Shown: positions 27,574 to 32,000 of the stretch, piece by piece
How the letters are laid out: every line of letters starts with the position of its first letter
Numbering within the stretch: the stretch's first letter is position 1
Source of the DNA: Pseudodesulfovibrio piezophilus C1TLV30
GTDB lineage: Bacteria > Desulfobacterota > Desulfovibrionia > Desulfovibrionales > Desulfovibrionaceae
Reading direction: 5' to 3'
NCBI RefSeq assembly: GCF_000341895.1
Contig: NC_020409.1
Coordinates: forward strand, 3,482,411-3,514,410
DNA: 32,000 nt
The notes under the pieces: generated by a model
Databases searched by the model: none
What the model was told of the DNA's origin: nothing
Seen by the model: the letters and a program-made list of their open reading frames with translations, nothing else
Translations under genes and position numbers: made by a program

Positions 27574-28920
27574 TTAGAGTCCTAATTCATCATCTGGCTG
27601 CGCGTCATTGCAGTCTTTGCAGGGCAGTATCAGATTGAGAATAACACCGATGATCCCAGACAGTCCGATGCCACCCAGTTTGACGATGATCAGGTCAAAG
27701 TTCATGCCACCGATACCGAATACCAGAATGATAGAAACAATCGCAAGGTTGCGCGGCAACATCAGATCATTTCCGGCACGGACCAGTGTGTTGATACCTA
27801 TAACCGTAATAGCACCGAAGAGCAGGATCATGATACCGCCCATGACGGGGACTGGGATGGTATTCAATATCGCTCCCAATTTGCCGAAGAATGCGAGAAT
27901 GACAGCTGTAATTGCTGCCCATGTCATGATGCCGGGATTGAATGCACGGGTCAGTGCCACAGCGCCCGAGACTTCGGAATACGTTGTATTGGGCGGACCT
28001 CCTAACATGGCAGCCAGGGAAGTAGCGATTCCATCCCCCAGCATGGTGTTTTGGACACCAGGGTCTTTGACATAATCTTTGCCAGAAATACCACCGATAG
28101 CGAGGATATCACCGAAGTGTTCGATGGCGGGGGCGATGGCAACAGGGACAATGAACAGGATGGCTTCGAGATTCCAGGTTGGAAAGACGAAATTGGGGAG
28201 TGCCAGGAGAGGAGCCTCAGCTATCTTGCCGAAATTGACCAGTGTCGGGGTTGTCCAGTTCTGGAGCTGGCCGGGGTCGAATGTCGCCTGGGCGGATGCT
28301 GCAAAGCCGCTAACGTCAAGGATGAGTGAGGTGACATAGCCTGCAATGATACCGAGGAGAATGGGGATTAACTTGATCCAGCCTCTTCCAAGCAGAGAAG
28401 CGAAAATAGTGGTCAGCAGGGAGACTCCCGCGATGATCATGGCTGTATCGTTCGGAACCAGCCATGCAGATCCGTCACCAGTGCGTCCCATGGCCATATG
28501 GACAGCGGTTGGTGCCAGGATGAGGCCGATGACCATGATCACCGGGCCGGTAACAATGGGAGGCAGGATGCGTTTGAGCATCTCGACTCCGAAAATACGA
28601 ATCAGACAGCTGATGATCACATACAGTATGCCTGCGCCGAACAGGCCGCACATGGTGGAAGGAATACCCCAAGTCTGTACCCCGTAGATGATGGGGGCGA
28701 TGAATGCAAAGCTCGATGCGAGGAAAACAGGCACTCTCCCTCGGGTGATGAGCTGAAAGACCAGAGTACCGACTCCGGCCGTGAAAAGGGCCACATTCGA
28801 ATCAAGTCCTGTCAACAGTGGGACCAGGACCAGTGCGCCAAAGGCGACGAAAAGCATTTGCGCGCCGAGCAGCGCGTCTTTAGGTTTAAAGCTGTACTCA
28901 GTGGAATGAACGTCACTCAT
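27574..28920 (-). CDS. uraA: Uracil/xanthine permease (NCS2 family)
   Basis: Polytopic ORF with NCS2-like segments (GAQMLFVAFGALVLVPLLTG, GGPPNTTYSEVSGAVALT). Start set at ATG 28920 (GAGGAGGAG SD) rather than the track's 28965. Adjacent to upp. Confidence 0.85.
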   Translation of the reverse strand: MSDVHSTEYSFKPKDALLGAQMLFVAFGALVLVPLLTGLDSNVALFTAGVGTLVFQLITRGRVPVFLASSFAFIAPIIYGVQTWGIPSTMCGLFGAGILYVIISCLIRIFGVEMLKRILPPIVTGPVIMVIGLILAPTAVHMAMGRTGDGSAWLVPNDTAMIIAGVSLLTTIFASLLGRGWIKLIPILLGIIAGYVTSLILDVSGFAASAQATFDPGQLQNWTTPTLVNFGKIAEAPLLALPNFVFPTWNLEAILFIVPVAIAPAIEHFGDILAIGGISGKDYVKDPGVQNTMLGDGIATSLAAMLGGPPNTTYSEVSGAVALTRAFNPGIMTWAAITAVILAFFGKLGAILNTIPVPVMGGIMILLFGAITVIGINTLVRAGNDLMLPRNLAIVSIILVFGIGGMNFDLIIVKLGGIGLSGIIGVILNLILPCKDCNDAQPDDELGL

Positions 28921-29014
28921 CTTTGCCAACTCCTCCTCATGGTTTTGGCCTGCCGAAAACCCCATGCCCCCATCGGGTCAGATTCGGACAGGTCGTTTAT
29001 TGATAACATCCCCT

Positions 29015-29043
29015 AAAAAAAGGCACGCTGTGGAGCGTGCCTT
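29015..29043 (-). terminator. Rho-independent terminator immediately after upp, upstream of uraA
   Basis: On the minus strand AGGCACGCT-CCAC-AGCGTGCCT (9-10 bp stem) followed by TTTTTTT, starting 5 nt after the upp stop. Confidence 0.75.
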
Positions 29044-29047
29044 GTAC

Positions 29048-29674
29048 CTACTTGGTGCCGAATATTTTATCCCCGGCATCACCGAGGCCCGGTATGATAT
29101 AGCCGATATCGTTCAGCTTCTCATCAACTGCCGCGACATAGATATCCACGTCCGGGTGTTTTTTCAGAATTCGATCAATGCCTTCAGGGGCAGCACACAG
29201 GAATAATCCGCGAATGGATGTGCAGCCGGATTCCTTCAGCAGTTCAATTGTAGCTTCCAGCGTGCCGCCGGTGGCCAACATCGGATCCAGAATCAACGCA
29301 GTGCGTTCATCCATGGCACTGGCAAGCTTGACATAGTATTGGACGGGTTTGAGCGTTTCTTCATCACGATAGAAACCCACAACCGAAGCCTTTGCTCCGG
29401 GGATCATGTCGAAAACACCATCCATCATGCCGAGTCCCGCACGCAGGATGGGAACGACAGTCACCTTTTTGCCTTTGATGGTATCAACTTCGACGTCTCC
29501 CGCCCAGCCTTGAATGGTGGTGGTTTCAGTCTCAAAATCTTTTGTAGCTTCGTAAGTCAGAAGCCTGGTGATTTCATTAGCCAGCTGGCGGAAACGGCTG
29601 GTGGAAATGTCGTGCTTTCGTAAGATGCCGACTTTGTGACGAATAAGTGGGTGGTCAACCAAGTGCAGAGCCAC
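29048..29674 (-). CDS. upp: Uracil phosphoribosyltransferase
   Basis: 208 aa with a GTG start and an AAGGAGGGG SD. PRPP-binding motif [12 protein letters not shown] and C-terminal [17 protein letters not shown]. Confidence 0.95.
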   Translation of the reverse strand: MALHLVDHPLIRHKVGILRKHDISTSRFRQLANEITRLLTYEATKDFETETTTIQGWAGDVEVDTIKGKKVTVVPILRAGLGMMDGVFDMIPGAKASVVGFYRDEETLKPVQYYVKLASAMDERTALILDPMLATGGTLEATIELLKESGCTSIRGLFLCAAPEGIDRILKKHPDVDIYVAAVDEKLNDIGYIIPGLGDAGDKIFGTK

Positions 29675-29715
29675 AGGTTATCCCCTCCTTAACAGGTTTG
29701 TAGTGATATTTGATG

Positions 29716-29776
29716 AAAAAAAAGTTGCGATTGCGCAAAACTTCCCTTTTCTAGTCTGATGAACGTGCCGGGTCAA
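29716..29776 (-). promoter_or_regulatory. Candidate upp promoter (TTGACC-17 nt-TAGAAA) plus leader hairpin followed by a T8 tract
   Basis: Minus strand: -35 at 29776-29771 and -10 at 29753-29748. The leader AAGTTTTGCGCAATCGCAACTTTTTTTT (29743-29716) forms an 8-bp bulged stem followed by T8, ending 41 nt upstream of the GTG start. Confidence 0.3.
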
Positions 29777-29856
29777 GGGTATATTTTCCCATTCGGGGCA
29801 ATACTCTGAGAGATAGAAATTTACTTTCCAATGATTCCCGGTATATCCTCCATCTC

Positions 29857-31533
29857 ATGGATAAAGAGAAAATAACACATTATTGGGAACGGACTACCGG
29901 AGCAACTGATTGTGGGCTTCGTTTGGATAAATTTTGGGCTCAAGAGCTGGCGGATGCCGGGATTTCGCGAGGTCGGATCAAGCAGTGGATAGAGGAAGGT
30001 CACGCCCAGGTCGATGGGGTCGTCGTGCCCAAGGGGAAGCATAAACTCTCCGGGTATGAGACCGTGAGCATCGGAGCTGGCGAGAGTCGGAATGGAGAGG
30101 ATACGGCACAGCCTGTACCCGGCGATTTGGATGTCGTTTATGAAGACTCACACGTGGTTGTCGTGGATAAGATTGCCGGTTTGACGACACATCCCGCGCC
30201 AGGAGAACCGGGGCCGACGTTGGTGAATCTGTTGTTGCATCGATACCCGGATATTTCATCTCAAGATTCCGGGATGAGCGGATTGCGGCCCGGTATTGTC
30301 CATCGCTTGGACAAGGATACTTCGGGGTTGATTGTGGCAGTTCGGACGGAAGCTGACAGGTTGACGCTTTCCGCTGATTTTGCCGAACGTCGGGTGCACA
30401 AAGTGTATCTCGCAATTGTTCATGGGGTTCCGGAACGATCGCAGGGAACCATTGAAGATTCTATCGGACGACATCCGACACAGAAGACACGAATGGCCGT
30501 AGTCGAGAAGGGGGGGCGAGAAGCTCGAAGTGAGTATCGGGTTCTTTGGGCAGGTCCCCGAGGGCTCGCCTCTCTGGTCGCCGTGCGAATTCATACGGGG
30601 CGGACACATCAGATTCGTGTTCACATGGCGCATATCGGGCACCCGTTGCTTGGGGATACTGTGTATGGACCGCAGGAAAATGCTGTTTGGAAACGCAGGT
30701 CCGACAGTCTTGCCGAAATGGCCCCACGGCAAATGCTGCATGCATTTCATCTTTCTTTTACGCACCCGGAAAGTGGGGAAGTGATGACACTATGGCGCAA
30801 GCCGCCACAGGACTTCCTGATGCTGCTCAGTGCTCTCAAACGTGAATGTCTGCGTCTTGGGGTCGTTGGGATGCCGGGAAGCGGCAAGTCGGCTGTCGTG
30901 CGTTTCCTGCGTAATGCCGGACTTCCCACTTTCAGTGCCGATGAATCCGTCGCTGCTCTCTATGCCCCTGAGGGGGATGGTGCGGCCATGATTCGACAAC
31001 GCTTTGGCGGAGAATATTCGTTGTCCGATGGTTCCGTGGACAAGGCGGCGTTGTTTGCTGCCATGCTCAAGTCAGATGGGGTGCGCCGTGAAATAATGGA
31101 CACTATTCATCCCATTGTTCAGCATGAGTGTGAAATGTTTTTCAAGCAATATCGAGATGAACCTGTGGCCTATGCGGAGATTCCACTTCTTTTGGAAGGA
31201 GGATGGCATGAAAAGGGATATGTGGATGCCGTGGCCGGTGTTCATTGTCCGCAAGAAAAACGGACTGGAGAATTACGACGGATACGTGGCCTTTCTGTTG
31301 AAACTCTCGCCGCCTTCGACTCATGGCAGTGGGCTGAGAAGGACAAACTGGCCGCGTGTGATTACATTGTTGAAAACAATGCGGGGTTGGATGAATTGCA
31401 GGTTGAGGCAGCGGGGATGCAGGAGTGGGCCGTAGAGCTATCGGAAGAACGCAATCGGGAATTCGGGCGCTGGCTTGAGGCTCTTTGGCCTCAATTGGCA
31501 TTGGAATTCCAAGATGGTGGAGGCTGGATGTGA
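29857..31533 (+). CDS. Fusion protein: RluD/RluA-family 23S rRNA pseudouridine synthase (S4 + catalytic domain) joined to dephospho-CoA kinase (CoaE)
   Basis: aa 1-330: S4-like RLDKFWAQEL..., catalytic HRLDKDTSGL, GRTHQIRVH. aa 332-525: CoaE-like P-loop GVVGMPGSGKS, then ...FSADESV..., IHPIV and EIPLLLEGG. It is one uninterrupted frame with no conventional internal start near the junction. Confidence 0.85.
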   Translation: MDKEKITHYWERTTGATDCGLRLDKFWAQELADAGISRGRIKQWIEEGHAQVDGVVVPKGKHKLSGYETVSIGAGESRNGEDTAQPVPGDLDVVYEDSHVVVVDKIAGLTTHPAPGEPGPTLVNLLLHRYPDISSQDSGMSGLRPGIVHRLDKDTSGLIVAVRTEADRLTLSADFAERRVHKVYLAIVHGVPERSQGTIEDSIGRHPTQKTRMAVVEKGGREARSEYRVLWAGPRGLASLVAVRIHTGRTHQIRVHMAHIGHPLLGDTVYGPQENAVWKRRSDSLAEMAPRQMLHAFHLSFTHPESGEVMTLWRKPPQDFLMLLSALKRECLRLGVVGMPGSGKSAVVRFLRNAGLPTFSADESVAALYAPEGDGAAMIRQRFGGEYSLSDGSVDKAALFAAMLKSDGVRREIMDTIHPIVQHECEMFFKQYRDEPVAYAEIPLLLEGGWHEKGYVDAVAGVHCPQEKRTGELRRIRGLSVETLAAFDSWQWAEKDKLAACDYIVENNAGLDELQVEAAGMQEWAVELSEERNREFGRWLEALWPQLALEFQDGGGWM

Positions 31534-32000
31534 TACCAATTCGGGATAATGTGCCGAGAGTGACCCTGCCCATAGCGGTCTCAGTGATTATCGCGGTCAA
31601 TATCCTTGCCTTTTTATATAGTAAAGCCCTGGACCCTCGAGGGGTGGCGCATCTTTTTCATGTTTTTGGTGTTGTTCCCGCCCGGTTTTTCGAACCGGAG
31701 TGGGCTGCTTGGGCCGGGTACCCAAAGACCCTTGGGTGGCCTTTTTTTACATACATGTTTCTGCATGGCGGATGGTTACATATCATCCTCAATATGTGGA
31801 TGCTTTGGATCTTTGGCGATAATATCGAGGATGTCACCGGTCATGGTTGGTTTGTGGTCTTTTACCTGCTTTGTGGAATGGTTGCGGTCGCTGTTCACAT
31901 GCTTTTCGAGCAGACCTCGGCTCTCCCTATTGTCGGCGCTTCCGGGGCCGTGGCCGGTGTGATGGGGGCCTATGTCATGCTTTATCCGCATGGTAAGGTT
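31530..32000 (+). CDS. Rhomboid-family intramembrane serine protease (5' partial, runs off the window)
   Basis: Not in the ORF track because there is no stop in the window. Frame from GTG 31530 reads (M)IPIRDNVPRVTLPIAVSVIIAVN...MFLHGGWLHIILNMWMLWIFGDNIED...GASGAVAGVMGAYVMLYP, with classic rhomboid HxxxN and GxSG motifs. The start overlaps the upstream stop (GTGA). Confidence 0.85.
   Translation, partial: MIPIRDNVPRVTLPIAVSVIIAVNILAFLYSKALDPRGVAHLFHVFGVVPARFFEPEWAAWAGYPKTLGWPFFTYMFLHGGWLHIILNMWMLWIFGDNIEDVTGHGWFVVFYLLCGMVAVAVHMLFEQTSALPIVGASGAVAGVMGAYVMLYPHGKV

Noticed and set aside
28498-29016. 172-aa plus-strand ORF (and 27608-28075, 28346-28687)
   Set aside because: Antisense shadows of the uraA permease gene.

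Overview
This window looks like a mostly core chromosomal segment of a Desulfovibrionaceae-type sulfate reducer. That placement is an inference from the Cys-type CcmE and from the guaB-guaA-tat-hisB-lipoprotein-hisA order as I remember it, and I could not check it here. Gene content from left to right:
- A degenerate ParA-like ATPase, two orphan ORFs and a lone NeuD-family acetyltransferase, all abutting tRNA-Leu(CAG).
- An AEC permease, nadD, a GT9 heptosyltransferase (-) and a CNNM/CBS transporter.
- A variant System I cytochrome c maturation cluster, ccmE-F-A-B-C-D plus a TPR protein. ccmD is under 60 aa and missing from the ORF track.
- livKHMGF, guaB, guaA, a tatB-like gene and tatC, then hisB-lipoprotein-hisA.
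- On the minus strand, an MscS-family channel, a GT2 glycosyltransferase, uraA and upp.
- An rluD::coaE fusion ORF and the 5' part of a rhomboid protease gene.

I saw no CRISPR array, transposase, integrase, phage gene, classical toxin-antitoxin pair or recognisable defence gene. I cannot honestly point to a convincing novel multi-gene system. The oddities most worth a second look are:
- the RluD-CoaE fusion;
- TatC with an acidic N-terminal extension and an enlarged first periplasmic loop;
- a lipoprotein gene translationally coupled between hisB and hisA;
- the histidine-free CxxxY CcmE in a ccm cluster without ccmG or ccmH (a known variant);
- a ParA homologue whose P-loop lysine is glutamate;
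- T-tract and hairpin signals around upp and uraA.

All function calls rest on motif recognition by eye, since no searches were run.
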